From: Octopus bimaculoides
Taxonomy: Eukaryota
Length of the DNA: 64,000 bases
Direction of reading: 5' to 3'
Assembly (NCBI RefSeq): GCF_001194135.2
Contig: NC_068996.1
Coordinates: 24,726,724 to 24,790,723 of the forward strand
Within the stretch, counting starts at the first letter, position 1; each line of letters begins with the position of its first letter. The notes under the pieces are model-generated. The model was given only the letters and a program-made list of their open reading frames with translations. It ran no database searches and was not told the origin of the DNA. Below, one piece after another: positions 28,131-40,540 of the stretch. Made by a program: the position numbers and the translations under genes.

Positions 28131-29510
28131 GAATAGATATTGCTGTACTTGGAAAAGACTCATCCATCTCCTGTCAAGCCTTCCCCAACAATTCATCTAT
28201 AGTACTACTCAATTAGGTGCTGTAAATGATGCCATTTATCCTTCTACACTTATCACTTCCTGTCTAACCCACCTCTATTTTCTTCACTCCACTATAAACA
28301 GATATTCGCTCCATTTACTCCAACCTCTTCATCTCTAATCATCTGTTACACTCTCAAGAATTTATCTACCCACTTGCCCTTTCTCTTCTAATGTTCCTAT
28401 TCTCTCTCATTCACCTTGTCAACTTGAGGCAATACCCTTAAGGTACATCTCTCTCTCTCTAGCTGGGAGATACATGTATTCACCTCTTCAGCAAGAAAAT
28501 ATGTCCTCTGGACCTGTTGGTTCCTGTTGAACTGTCAAAGCCATACCTGCAGGGAAAAAGAGACATTAAATGATGATGATGAAGATGATGTATCATCACC
28601 TTTATTTTAATGTCAATTTTCCATGCTCAGATGAAATTTGTTGAGACATATTTAACAACTGTATACCCTTCCTGTTGCCAATCTTCACCTGTTTCCGAGT
28701 AAAGTAACAATCCTCATGGCCAGACATGCTTTCACAGAAGATTGGAAACAAAGGACACCACACTTGCATGATGGTGACATTTATTTACAACAATCACATG
28801 ATATCAAGACAAGGAGAGATCAACTCAGACACACACATACACATATAATAGGCTTCTTTCAGTGGGACTGAACTTGGAACCAAGTAACTGAGAAGCAAGA
28901 TTCTTAACCATGCCAGCACACACACATACACTATTAAGTTAGCTGTAAGGTGGAGAATAAATAAGTTAAAAGAGTGGTGAGACTTTAAGTATATCAGCTG
29001 ATGTAGATAAGAGAAATAAGTACACTAAGTATAGACATAGACAGGATGTGAATAGATGAGTGCAGGGTGAAGAAGTGTTGTGCTGACATTGGAACATACA
29101 AGCAGTAAAGGCAGCAAGTGGGAAAGATGTTCAGTCTTTCACAAGAAACAACAAAACATTAACACAAGTGGCATATGTTAGACTGCAGACATTTTTGACT
29201 TTTGTCAGCCTGGAGAAAGAGATCTTAAAAATGACAAATAGAAATTTGTATCAATATCCAATATTAACTTCAAGTTCTTTGTATAGCAAACATGTATATG
29301 TAGTGTGAGTAACAAGGCAATAGGAATATCTAATGTGAACTGAACCTACATCTTATTAATAACTCAATTTATTTAGTCTACAGATACTCCATTTACATAT
29401 CATTTACAAATCCCCAACTATGCACTTGTTTTGCTCATGTCCTCCTGCTCCCTGTGACCTCGTCAGCTACTTCATAATCCCAGTGTTGGTTGTATGAATC
29501 TATAACACTA

Positions 29511-29734
29511 TAGGTGGCGAGCCGGCAGAAACGTTAGCACACCAGGCGAAATGCTTAGCGGTATTTTGTCTGTCTTTACGTTTTGAGTTCAAATTCCGCC
29601 GAAGTCGACTTTGCCTTCCATCCTTTCGGGGTCGATAAATTAAGTACCAGTTACACACTGGGGTCGATGTAATCGACTTAATCCTTTTGTCTGTCCCCTC
29701 TATGTTTAGCCCCTTGTGGGCAATAGAGAAATAA
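29511..29734 (+). mobile_element. tRNA-derived SINE family A, full length with 15-bp TSD (similar: 26244..26474 with 13-bp TSD, 2763..2997; degenerate copies at ~4.6, 8.1, 36.8, 37.9, 42.4, 48.3 and 63.7 kb)
   Basis: A-box-like ggcagaaacgttagc, B-box-like gagttcaaattcc, central gcctttcatcctttcggggtcgataaa. TSD gaatctataacacta at 29496..29510 and 29735..29749. Confidence 0.9.
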
Positions 29735-30164
29735 GAATCTATAACACTACATTTCCCACAGTCGTCATTATTATGGATCATATTGCTTGAAATTTCAGCT
29801 AGGAACCTTTTGATAGGATTATCCTGCTTTATGAAAACACAAAATATCAATAAGAAGTGAGTTAGTTTCCACAATAATTGAAATATGATGTTTTATGGTT
29901 GTGAGATGTAACTACTGAATGAATGTTGTCGAAGATCTATTGAGACTAGAGTGATGAGAGTTGTGTTTGATATATTGAATATATGCTACTAAGTAATCAC
30001 CATCATTTAAAGTCTGTTTCCATGCTTGCATTGGTTAGATGGTTTGACAGGAGCTGGTAAGCTGGAGATTTGCACCAGGCTCCAGCTGTCTGTTTTGGTT
30101 TGGTTTCTAGAGCTTGATACCCTTCCAAATGCCAACCATCTTACAAAATGTACTGGATGTCTTT

Positions 30165-30560
30165 TACGTGTCACCGACACAAGTGCCTTTCACGTGTCAC
30201 CGACACAAGTGCCTTTCACGTGNNNNNNNNNNNNNNNNNNNNNNNNNNNNNNNNNNNNNNNNNNNNNNNNNNNNNNNNNNNNNNNNNNNNNNNNNNNNNN
30301 NNNNNNNNNNNNNNNNNNNNNNNNNNNNNNNNNNNNNNNNNNNNNNNNNNNNNNNNNNNNNNNNNNNNNNNNNNNNNNNNNNNNNNNNNNNNNNNNNNNN
30401 NNNNNNNNNNNNNNNNNNNNNNNNNNNNCACGGGTGCCTTTCATGTGTCACCGGCACGGGTGCCTTTCATGTGTCACCGGCACGGGTGCCTTTCATGTGT
30501 CACCGGCACGGGTGCCTTTCATGTGTCACCGGCACGGGTGCCTTTCATGTGTCACAGGCA
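30165..30560. repeat. 26-bp minisatellite inside a minus-strand RTE 3'UTR, spanning a 206-N gap
   Basis: Unit gtgtcaccgacacaagtgcctttcac left of the gap and gtgtcaccggcacgggtgcctttcat right of it. Confidence 0.92.
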
Positions 30561-31039
30561 CTGGCCACAACAACAATTTCATGTAGCTTGACATGTCTTC
30601 TTAAAGCACAGCAAATATGTATTGTAAGCTAAAATACATATGGGGTTCTGAATTAGAGCAACAAGGAATGTGAATATTTTTTTCTTTCTTTTGAAATTGA
30701 CAAAATAAAGACTTATTAAATAAGAACATGGTTTTTTAAAGAATCCCATGTATTGTTCCTAATGTGTAAATGGGAAGAAATGCAAAGAAATTTGAAGAAC
30801 AGTGTTGAATCAAAACAAATATTATTAATATGTTTCTGTATTCAGAATTTATCAAGATACATGCAATACTTCACATGAAAAGTAATCAAGAAATGCGTTA
30901 GAAAATATGTCTCTTAACTTTTGATTCAGAAAATATGATTTAGCCTCATAAACTGTATTTTCCCCTCTCTCCTTTGGAAAATAAATATACAGGGAAAGAA
31001 AGAAAATACAAAGACTGCAATAAGAATGGAATACTAGCA

Positions 31040-32805
31040 TGATATAGACCTTTGGTTTCGTTTTGTGCCAGGAAGAAGCACTACCGATGCTATATTCCTG
31101 GTAAGGCAGCTGCAGGAGAAGTACCTAGCCAAAGATAAACACCTGTATTTGGCTTTTGTTGACATGGAGAAAGTCTTTGACTGGGTTCCCTGATCCTTTA
31201 TCTCGTGGTCAATGTGGAAACTGGGGATAAACGAGTGGTTCATGAGAGCTGTACAAACCATGCACAGGGATGTTGTCAGTAAAGTGAGTGTTGGCAATAA
31301 ATATAGTGATGAATTCAGGGTTCAAGTAGAGATTCACCAAGGATCAGTCCTCAGCCCCTCTTGTTCATCATAGTCCTCCAGGCAATAACAAAGGAATTTC
31401 AGATGGGCTGCTTCTGGGAGCTCTATGCCGATGACCATGTTATTATAGCTGAATCATTACCAGAACTAGAGAAGAAATTTCATGTGTGGAAGCAAGGTCT
31501 AGAATTGAACTGAATTAACCTAGGAAAAACTAAAGTCTTTGTAAGTAGGAACGCAGTCAAATCACAAATCCCTTCAGATAGATGGCCCTGCTTGATCTGT
31601 AGGAAATGTGCAGGTAGAAAGAAGTTCCATAAGATGTACTAGTGCAAGCTATGGACACATAAAAGGTGCAGCAATATCAGAGAAAGATTAACTGTGGGAA
31701 AATAGTTTTTGTGTGTGGATACAAAAAATGTACAGAAAATAGACGCCATCAAATGCCAGGTGGGATTCCTAGAAGTAGTTGATAGTTTCCATTATCTAGG
31801 TGACCAAATTAGCAGTAGAGGTGGATGCTCTGAGAGCGTAGCTGCAAGAATAAGAATAGGCTGGGCAAAGTTCACAGAGCTGCTACTTCTGTTGGAAACA
31901 TAGGGCCTATCCTTCAGAGTGAAAGGCAAACTATGATGCCTGTGTGCAAACTGTTATGCTATATGGCAGAGAAACATGGGCTGTGACTGCTGAGGACATG
32001 CGTAGGCTTGAAAGAAATGAAGCTAGCAATGTCAGTGTGCATGTACAACAGAGTGTAAGCAGTGAGAGAAAAGTTGGGCATAAAAGGCACCAGATGTGAT
32101 GTACAAGAAAGACAACTGAACTGGTATGATCACGTGATGTATATGAATGAAGACAACTATGTAAAGAAGTGCCAATCTCTAATTGTGGAGGGAACCTGTG
32201 GAAGAGGTAGACCCAGGAAGACAAGGGACGAGATGGTGAAGCATGATCTTGAATGTTGAGTCTCATCGAGGCAATGACTAGTGACTGAGACCTTTGGCAA
32301 TATGCTGTGCTTCAGAAGACCCATCAAGTCAAATGAAATCGTAATTGTGACCAATGCTGGTGTCACGTAATGTGCACATGTGCCAGTGGCACGTGAAAAG
32401 CACCTTTTGAGCATTGGGCCTCATAGAGGCAATGTGGCTGACGCCAGTGTCGCGTAACTAGCACTCATGTCAGTGACACACGAAAAGCACTTTTTCAGTG
32501 TTGGGCCTCATGGAGGCAATGACAAATGACCAAGACCTTTGGCAATATTCCATGCTTGAGTAGAAGACCCAACAAGCAAAGTGAAATTGTAGTTGTGGCA
32601 GATACTGGTGTCACACAAATGATGCCTATGCCAGTAGCATGCAAAAGCACCCATGACACTCTCGGAGTGGTTGGCATTAGGAAGGGCATCCAGCTGTAGA
32701 AACCAGGCCAAATCAAATTGGAGCCTGGTGCAGCTCCTCAGCTTACCAGTCCTAGTCAAACTGTCCAACCCATGCCAACATGGACAATGGATATTAAATG
32801 ATGAA
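31040..32805 (+). mobile_element. RTE-clade LINE remnant (RT through 3'UTR), degenerate
   Basis: GFVPGRSTTDAIF, YADD-like ctctatgccgatgac, Cys-rich segment, DSFHYLGDQISSRGGCSES, GTCGRGRPRKT, then the 3'UTR and tail. Many stops. Confidence 0.88.
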
Positions 32806-33058
32806 TAATTGGAAGGAATTTAAAGAACTAGTACCTTTTATTGATAACTTTATATTTACATTAGATTTTGTATCGTTAATTATGTCTCTCTATGGACCAG
32901 CCATTAGTTAATTGTTTTTACATAAGTAAGAGTGACAAAGGATTGTCTGTGCAACCTGAGTGATACAAATGTCAGTAGAATTTTCATTAAAAGGTATGGT
33001 CAGTAGGTTTTCTCACTAGTATTTATCAGTTACTGATATACATAACTGAAAAGTAGAT

Positions 33059-33094
<36 letters not shown>

Positions 33095-34505
33095 GAAATA
33101 GAGGGGGATGCAGCTTCACACAATGTAGAAGACAACTGGACGCTTCTACGAGACAACCTGCTGAGGGCCACTGACCAGATCTGTGGATGGTGCAAAGTCC
33201 CCTCTCGACCGAAAATAACGTGGTGATGGAACAATGTTGTTGACAGGGCTATTAGACAAAAGAAACAGGTTTGGAAAGACTGGATGAAAGGTGGTAGCAG
33301 GGAATTGTATCAGACTGCGAGAAGGGAAGCTAGGCGACAGGTTTATTTAGTCAGAGGGGAAGCAGATAGGAAAAAGTTTGCCAATGTTCTGTGCCGTGAG
33401 GACCAAAGTATTTCGTGTTGCAAGACAGTGTGTGAAAGAGAATCGTGATGTTGTGGGAGAGAAATGTGTTCGCATGGATGATGGTACGCTTGCACTAAAC
33501 GAGGCTGCAAAGAAAGAGGTTTGGAGACGCCACTATGAAAGATTGCTCAATAAAGAGAATGAATGTGAGAAAGAAAGTCTGCCGAATGTCGACCCAACAG
33601 AGGGACCAGCAATCCGAGTTGACAGTACCATGGTAGATAAAGCAATTAAGAGTATGAAGACAGGGAAAGCCCCCAGCCCATCAGGAATCACGGCAGAGAT
33701 GCTCAAAACATCTGGCAGTGTCGGCTATAGCCTAGTCACCCGTATTGTTAACCAGGTGATACACGAAGGAGTCATACCCAATGACTGGTGTAGCAGCACC
33801 ATAGTCAACTGCTACAAAGGTAAAGGTGACGCTTTAGATACAAATAATTACAGAGGTATCANNNNNNNNNNNNNNNNNNNNNNNNNNNNNNNNNNNNNNN
33901 NNNNNNNNNNNNNNNNNNNNNNNNNNNNNNNNNNNNNNNNNNNNNNNNNNNNNNNNNNNNNNNNNNNNNNNNNNNNNNNNNNNNNNNNNNNNNNNNNNNN
34001 NNNNNNNNNNNNNNNNNNNNNNNNNNNNNNNNNNNNNNNNNNNNNNNNNNNNNNNNNNNNNNNNNNNNNNNNNNNNNNNNNNNNNNNNNNNNNNNNNNNN
34101 NNNNNNNNNNNNNNNNNNNNNNNNNNNNNNNAACTGCTTAGAGAGCGAGTCAGTTTAGATGAGATGCAGTTTGGGTTTGTGCCTGGGAAAAGCACCACTG
34201 ATGCTATATTTCTGGTAAGACAACTTCAGGAGAAATACATAGCCAAGGATAAACCTCTGTACCTGGCTTTTGTTAACATGGAGAAAGCCTTTGATAGGGT
34301 CCCCCGATTCCTCATCTGGTGGTCAATGAGGAAACTAGGGATAGAAGAATGGTTAGTGAGAGCTGTGCGAGCCATGTACAGAGATGCTGTCAGTAAGGTG
34401 AGGGTTGGCAATGAGCACAGTGAAGAATTCCGGGTAGAGGTAGGGGTCCACCAAGGTTCTATCCTCAGTCCCCATCGGATGTTAAACGATGATGATGATG
34501 ATGAT
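33095..34505 (+). mobile_element. RTE-clade LINE, 5'-truncated, relatively young, RT region disabled
   Basis: Translates GKAPSPSGITAEMLK...IPNDW...YKGKGDALDTNNYRGI...QFGFVPGKSTTDAIFLVRQLQEKY...EKAFDRVPR...GVHQGSILSP. Has a TGG>TGA stop near 33225 and a frameshift near 33405, contains a 270-N gap, and ends in a (GAT)n tail. Confidence 0.92.
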
Positions 34506-35714
34506 ATATATATATGTATGTATTATATATACACATCAATATATATGATTGGCTTTTACTTTGCTTCTTTATCAAATTCCACTCCCACTGCATTAGCCAG
34601 CCTATGGCTATTTCACAAAATCTGTTTGTTTTAAGTGTAATTGATTGACAATTACATAAAGTACAAATGAAGTTATAAGACAAAGACTGTATGGTGGTCT
34701 CTATCACGCACTAATGAGAATTCAATCGTTCCATCAACTGAATTACTTGCTCCTGATTAATGTGTATGTTACTGAGTATATCACAGATACACAAACTCTT
34801 AACATATTTACCAGGCAGAATCAGCATGGCAAAGTGTGTGTGTGTGTGTGTGTGAGACAAGGCTGTACTTTTGAAATAGGTGTTCAATCAACCTAATGGG
34901 CTTCTACACAGTTTCCATTTTACCCAGTCTCACTCACTCAACCTGAAGCTATAGAAAATGACATTTGCTCAAGATGCCAGGCAATTGTGAAGCAAAACTT
35001 TTAACCAATTGGCTATATAGTAAACTACTGAACACATATTCATCAGTACAAACTACACTGCTACTAGTGCTGCCACTACCTTCTATCCTACAGTACTGTT
35101 CTTACTCCAATATGACTGGCCAAACAACAGATTTCACTACCTACTTCACAGTTGAGCGGTCAATTGTAAAATAGACATTTTCTGTATCAGAAACCCCCTT
35201 ATTTTTAAAGTGTTCATGTTTGAATTTAAATATTCCAATATAATATTATGTTAAATCATAACGTTAACATAAATTTAATAATGACAGTTATTTTACTAAA
35301 TCCCACCATATTTTTGATTATTTTCAAAAGTAAATGAAAGCCATAGAATGTGTATTTGCGAGAAATATAGATGCAAACAGGAAACATTTTGGACTGATTA
35401 CATAAATTAGAACATTTATCACTAGTGGTGTCACAACTGTGGCTTGGGAAGAGTTTTGTCATGATAGACATGGAATGGGATTATTAGTGTTAACGATGTT
35501 AAATGATAGAATGAAATATGCAAGAAGCTTCAAAAGACCCTTGAGCATTTAAATGATAAATGGATTAGAATACTAGAGAGACAAACATATGGCTACAGAA
35601 AGTATACTTTGATGAATAATCAAAAATGTAAAACAGAGGGGGAAAAATGCATGTAAAGGATAAAACAAATATCATTAATAAAGTAAAAAAAGAAAAAGAA
35701 AACCATTTACTAAC

Positions 35715-35873
35715 ATCTGACAAGGCGAGTTGTCTTTGGTTGTTATAAGAACCATCCTTATATATTCCAGATGCCCAATCTCCATAAACCAGACCCTTTT
35801 GGACCCAAATTTCTGATTCGGGATTGTCAAAATCAGAAAATACTTCTTGTTCTGATACATACACATACATATC
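35715..35873 (-). CDS. CLPTM1: CLPTM1 coding exon 3 (DMYVYVSEQEVFSDFD...LVYGDWASG...DGSY)
   Basis: Acceptor ttttgcag, donor gttagt, 159 nt, phase 0/0. Matches human LHVYISE.E.F.DF...LVYGDWTSG..SDGCY. Confidence 0.95.
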
Positions 35874-38139
35874 CTGCAAAAGATTTTAAAAGTTGCATTG
35901 TAATCATTTTAGACAGTAACATGAAAAAAGTAAAGGAGAAAAGAGGAGGTGAGGAGAGAAGAGAAATGGTTGATAAAAATAATAGTAATTCAACTCTTAT
36001 AAAATGAAAAAAAAAAGTATAACAATCATGTATACCTAAAATACTGATTACTCAAAGAAATTTTGCTGTTTACCAAAATTAAAAGCTGTATAACCAACAA
36101 CTTAACATGCTTTAACCCTTTAGCATTTAAACTAGCCATGTCTGGTCCAAATATTCTGTTTTATCTTCAAATTGAGCAGATCAGGCCTATCACACCTACC
36201 CCACAGTGTCATTCTAAAAAGCAATCACATCATCAAAATCTCAAAGCTACGAGATAATGCATGATTATTCAAAACAAAGTGAATAAATAAGCATTACATT
36301 TGACAAAGTAACCTGAATGCTAAAGAGTTAATCATAAATATGATTCTATATCATCAGCCCACAAAAAGGCATATCCAAATACCAGTATGGTTTACTGGTA
36401 TTAACCAGTATACTGGTAAACCATACCTGTTTCTAGACTGCAACAAGCAAACTACTTGATGAAATATATAAAACAACTTTTCACAACATCATCATTTTGA
36501 TAAATTGCAATGCTGTGCTAAAGTCTAAAAATTTTATCAAGAGTAACCTCAAACTAATAAAAGAAAATTCCAAAGACTTCTTGAGATTTGTTAACATAGT
36601 CAAAAGAGAAGGAAGGAAAACCTAAAAATGTCAAGAACAGTCTTAAGAAAAATTAATAGTTGGAATTTTATCTGGAGTTATTTATTGATTAATAATTTAA
36701 CAACTTGTAACTGTTTATTCTAAAAATTTACATGATCCTAATGCATAATTTCAATATGTATTTCAGCTTTAACTTAGTTGATAAGGTGGCAAACTGGAGG
36801 GACATCAAAATGTCCGAACGCCTTGCAATATTTGTTCCAACACTCAGCATTCTGAGTTCAAATCGCACTGAGGTCAGCTTGCCTCTGATCTTTTCAGGGT
36901 AAATATATAAAAAAACACCAATCCAGGATTATAGATAGGTTAGAGGAGTGGGAAAGATGCTTTGTAGTTCTGTGTCTCCACCCTCTGGAAGCAATGTTTG
37001 TAATGATACTGGTACCAAGCTAAATCATCCCAAGTTGTTGGCATTTGCCTTGGATGATACTGTCGGTTCAGAGAGGGGAGATTTGCATACATGGGCAAGT
37101 ACCAGTTTCCTTCTAAAAATCTGTATAAAGAGTAAACAGCTTCAGTCATGAATGACCATGGAATTGCACTTAGAAAGTTACCCTCTGAGGCACAAGTCCA
37201 AGCAAAGTTGTTTATGTAAGATCAGCAGTCATCCCTGCATACCAGCCTCCCCTCTCTATGCCACTGATGTTATCCAAGGGAAAGGTAAAGGCCGATATAG
37301 CTTGGCACCAGTGATGTCACAACTCATTTCTACAGCTGAATAAATTGGAGCAATGTGAAGTAAAGTGTCTTACTCAAGATTACAATACACAGCCCAGTCT
37401 GGGAATCAAATTCACTAACTCATCATTCCAACCTCTGAGCCATGCACCTTCATGCTTAGCTGATATACCATTATAAATAATAATTTGGATAAAGTTATAT
37501 ATTTTATTCTATATGTGTCATTAATAAAATCATTATTATTCATTTTTAATTGGCATATCTAATTAACAGTAATCATTATCAACTATACTGGGCAAATATA
37601 TTGTCAAATTTTAAAATATCATCTATGAAATATCAGTTAACTTGTATCTACTCAAAAGGCAATTTGGCATATAGCGATCAGCTAACACACACTAATATAT
37701 AAAAAATATTTATTACAAACAGCAAGTTTGCAATAAATATACAAGAAATAGTAACATTATTGATGCTCATCTTAACATAAGCTCATTAAAGGAGAAGATA
37801 TGAACTACAAAAATGTAGTGTGTGTTTTTTTTAAATTGATAAATTTAAAACTTTCAGATTGAACTTCTGAAATTGTAAGTTTCTAAATAATGGTTTTTAA
37901 TTTAGGCACAAGGCCAGCAATTTTCAGGAGGGGGTTAGCTGATGCCATTGATCCTAATATCTGACCAATACTTTATTTTATCAATCCCGAAAGGATGAAA
38001 GGTAAAGTTGATTATGACAGGATTTGAACTCAGAATCAAGACAATCAGAAGAAATACTGCAAAGTGTTTTTTTCAACACTATAACAATTCTATGCATTTG
38101 TCACCTTACAGTTTCTAAATAATGAAAATTAATACTAAC

Positions 38140-38364
38140 CATAAGAAAACCTTTTGGAAAAACATTTGAAGACGGTTCTTGGACTGTCCGACTGTCAGTA
38201 GCAGGAGTTGGTGAACGTCTGAAGTAGCTGCTTACTAAATAAATGAAAATCATTCTAATCAAAAACGTCTTTGCAATACCCCACATATTAAATCTGTTCC
38301 TCTGCTGCTGAGGCTGCTGCTGCTGCTCTTCTGTTTGCTCAACATTTTGATTTGCTGGTTCAAC
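38140..38364 (-). CDS. CLPTM1: CLPTM1 coding exon 2 (VEPANQ...NMWGIAKTFLIRMIFIYLVSSYFRR...NVFPKGFLM)
   Basis: Acceptor tttctttcag, donor gttagt, 225 nt, phase 0/0. Resembles the human CLPTM1 segment W..IK..LFRIF.IW.ISSWFRR...NLFPKDTLM. Confidence 0.93.
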
Positions 38365-38553
38365 CTGAAAGAAAGAAAACATGAAAATATTAAATTGAAA
38401 AACCCACCAAGCAAATTCTTACAACAGAAATTTATTAATTTCTCTTTTGCATCTCTTTTGGAATGGTGAAGATCTGGAAAATCCAAGCATTTATGACATT
38501 GGGAACTAATGAAATATTGAACAGTTGTTGCTTGCCAGCTTTCTTCAGTGAAT

Positions 38554-38781
38554 TTAACCCTTTAACATTCAAATCAGTCATATCTGGCCAAAATATTCTA
38601 CTTGATTTATGTTCAAACTGGTAAGACCTAACCTCTCATACCTACTCTACAATGTCATTCTAAAAATAAAGAACTACATGATTAAAATCTCAAGACGATG
38701 AGATAATACATGATTAATACAAAACAATGTGAATAAATAAGCATTACATTTGACAGAATAATCTGAATGCTGAAAGGTTAA
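38554..38781. mobile_element. piggyBac-type MITE family 1 (~220 bp; also 36112..36331, ~39797..40007, ~61375..61592, fragment ~11990..12080)
   Basis: TTAA-flanked, termini CCCTTTAGCATT...AATGCTAAAGGG, and a shared internal sequence (aatctcaaagctacgagataatgcatg...gtgaataaataagcattacatttg). Confidence 0.8.
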
Positions 38782-40213
38782 AATCTAAATAATAGAACAT
38801 TGGTATTGGTTGAACAACAGGCAGTGAATATATACATACACAACCACTCAAATAGTACAAGAATGTTATTTGTAGAGAAAATAAAAACATTTCTTTTAAG
38901 AAATGTTAGTACCATTAACTTTGATAAATCTAAAGAAATAATGAATATATTTAAAAGCAGTATCAATATAAATCTTGTGTCTAAAACACACATTTAATAA
39001 AATATCTATACAAACTTCTTTAAATATCTTCACAAGCTGGATAATACTGTAATATCGTTTTACTACCTGTCCCAGCTCCCTGAATGTTATGGCACTGGAT
39101 TGGTCTATCTTGAAATAGAGACTTGGCATACAAAGATTTAACTATGCACCTTTTGCCCATGTGAGTATTCCCACAGAGTCAGCACAGAATTTTTTCATCC
39201 ATTCACCTCACATGTCCTTAAAAGTATAGTTGTCTCATACATTTCAGCTGATACCAGGTCACTAATGCTCTACCACAAATATCACATAGAGCATGATCTT
39301 TTCATATTTTTTTCCTCTCACTAGTCTCTGAACCAATCAGATTACCTACGTAACAAAGTTAACTATGCTTTATTGTCTGATTTATTTATAAGTTATATAC
39401 ATATGTATACATCATCATCACCACTTAATACCAGTTCTCCATGCTGGCATTGGTTGCATGGTTTCTATAGCTGAATAGCCTTCTTAACGCCAACTACTTT
39501 ACAGTGTGTATTGGGTAGTTAGTGAATTTTTCAACTAAATGGGATAAGAGTGTTTCAATTAAATAAAACACACACATACAAAGCAATAACTAATTCTAAC
39601 TGGCATGAATGCATCAACACTTTGCAATCAGCTTCAATGGTTCAAAAAGCAGTTCTTTTAAGATTTCCATTCATAACAAAAATTGAAAATTGATTTGAAA
39701 ATAATTAAAGACTTATAATCTGTATTTGTTCTCAAGGAATTCTTTATAAATGTTTTTTAGAAATAAAATACAAGACATAAGTTATTAGAAGTAGTTATTT
39801 AAACTAGCCACATCTAGTCCAAAATTTTCTACCTGTTTTATGTTCAAACTGGCAAGATCTGGCCTCTCACACCTACCTAACAATGTTATTCAAAGCAAAC
39901 AGTTACATCACTGAAATCTCAAAGCTACAAGATAATGCTTGATTAATGCAAATCAATGTGAATAAATAAGCATTACATTTGATGAAATCTCAATGTTAAA
40001 GGGTTAAAATGTGATTTCCTATATCCACTTTAACTGATATTAACCATTGACCATGTATGCCTATACCCATTTTCCCATCACAGCATTCATCTCTATTCCC
40101 ATCTTTAACCATCTGTTACTCCATCCACACTCTCATGAGCTTACCAACTCACCCACTCTTTCCTATCTTCTGTCCCTACACTCTCTTTTATAGTTACCTT
40201 CTTGTACTCTGAT

Positions 40214-40540
40214 GTGAAGGTGCATGGCTCAATGGCTAGAACATCGGGTTCACAAACATGAGGTAATGAGTTCAATTCCCAGACCAGGCTGTGTTATATT
40301 CTTGAGCAAGACACTATACCTCACATTGCTCCAGTCCATTCAGTTGTAGAAATGAGTTGTGATGTCAAGTTATATCAGCCTTTGCCTTTCCCTTGGATAA
40401 CATCAATGGCATGGAGAGGGGAGGCTGGTATGCATGGGCAACTGCTAGTCTTCCATAAACAACCTTGCCTGGACTTGTTCCTTGGAGTAGGATTTTCTAG
40501 GTGTAATCCCATGGTCATTCATGACCAAAGGGGGTCTTTA
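40214..40540 (+). mobile_element. tRNA-derived SINE family D (second copy 37140..37440, -)
   Basis: Head ggtgcatggctcaatggctagaacatcggg...gagttcaattccc (A/B boxes); the body matches the reverse complement of 37140..37440. Confidence 0.82.

Noticed and set aside
33378-34634. 418-aa ORF as an intact host gene or active RT
   Set aside because: It is RTE ORF2 read through 270 Ns, with an upstream stop and frameshift and truncation before YADD.
40214-40290. tRNA gene call for SINE heads (also families A and B)
   Set aside because: A/B boxes are present but cloverleafs are incomplete and continue into repeat bodies, so these are SINEs rather than tRNA genes.
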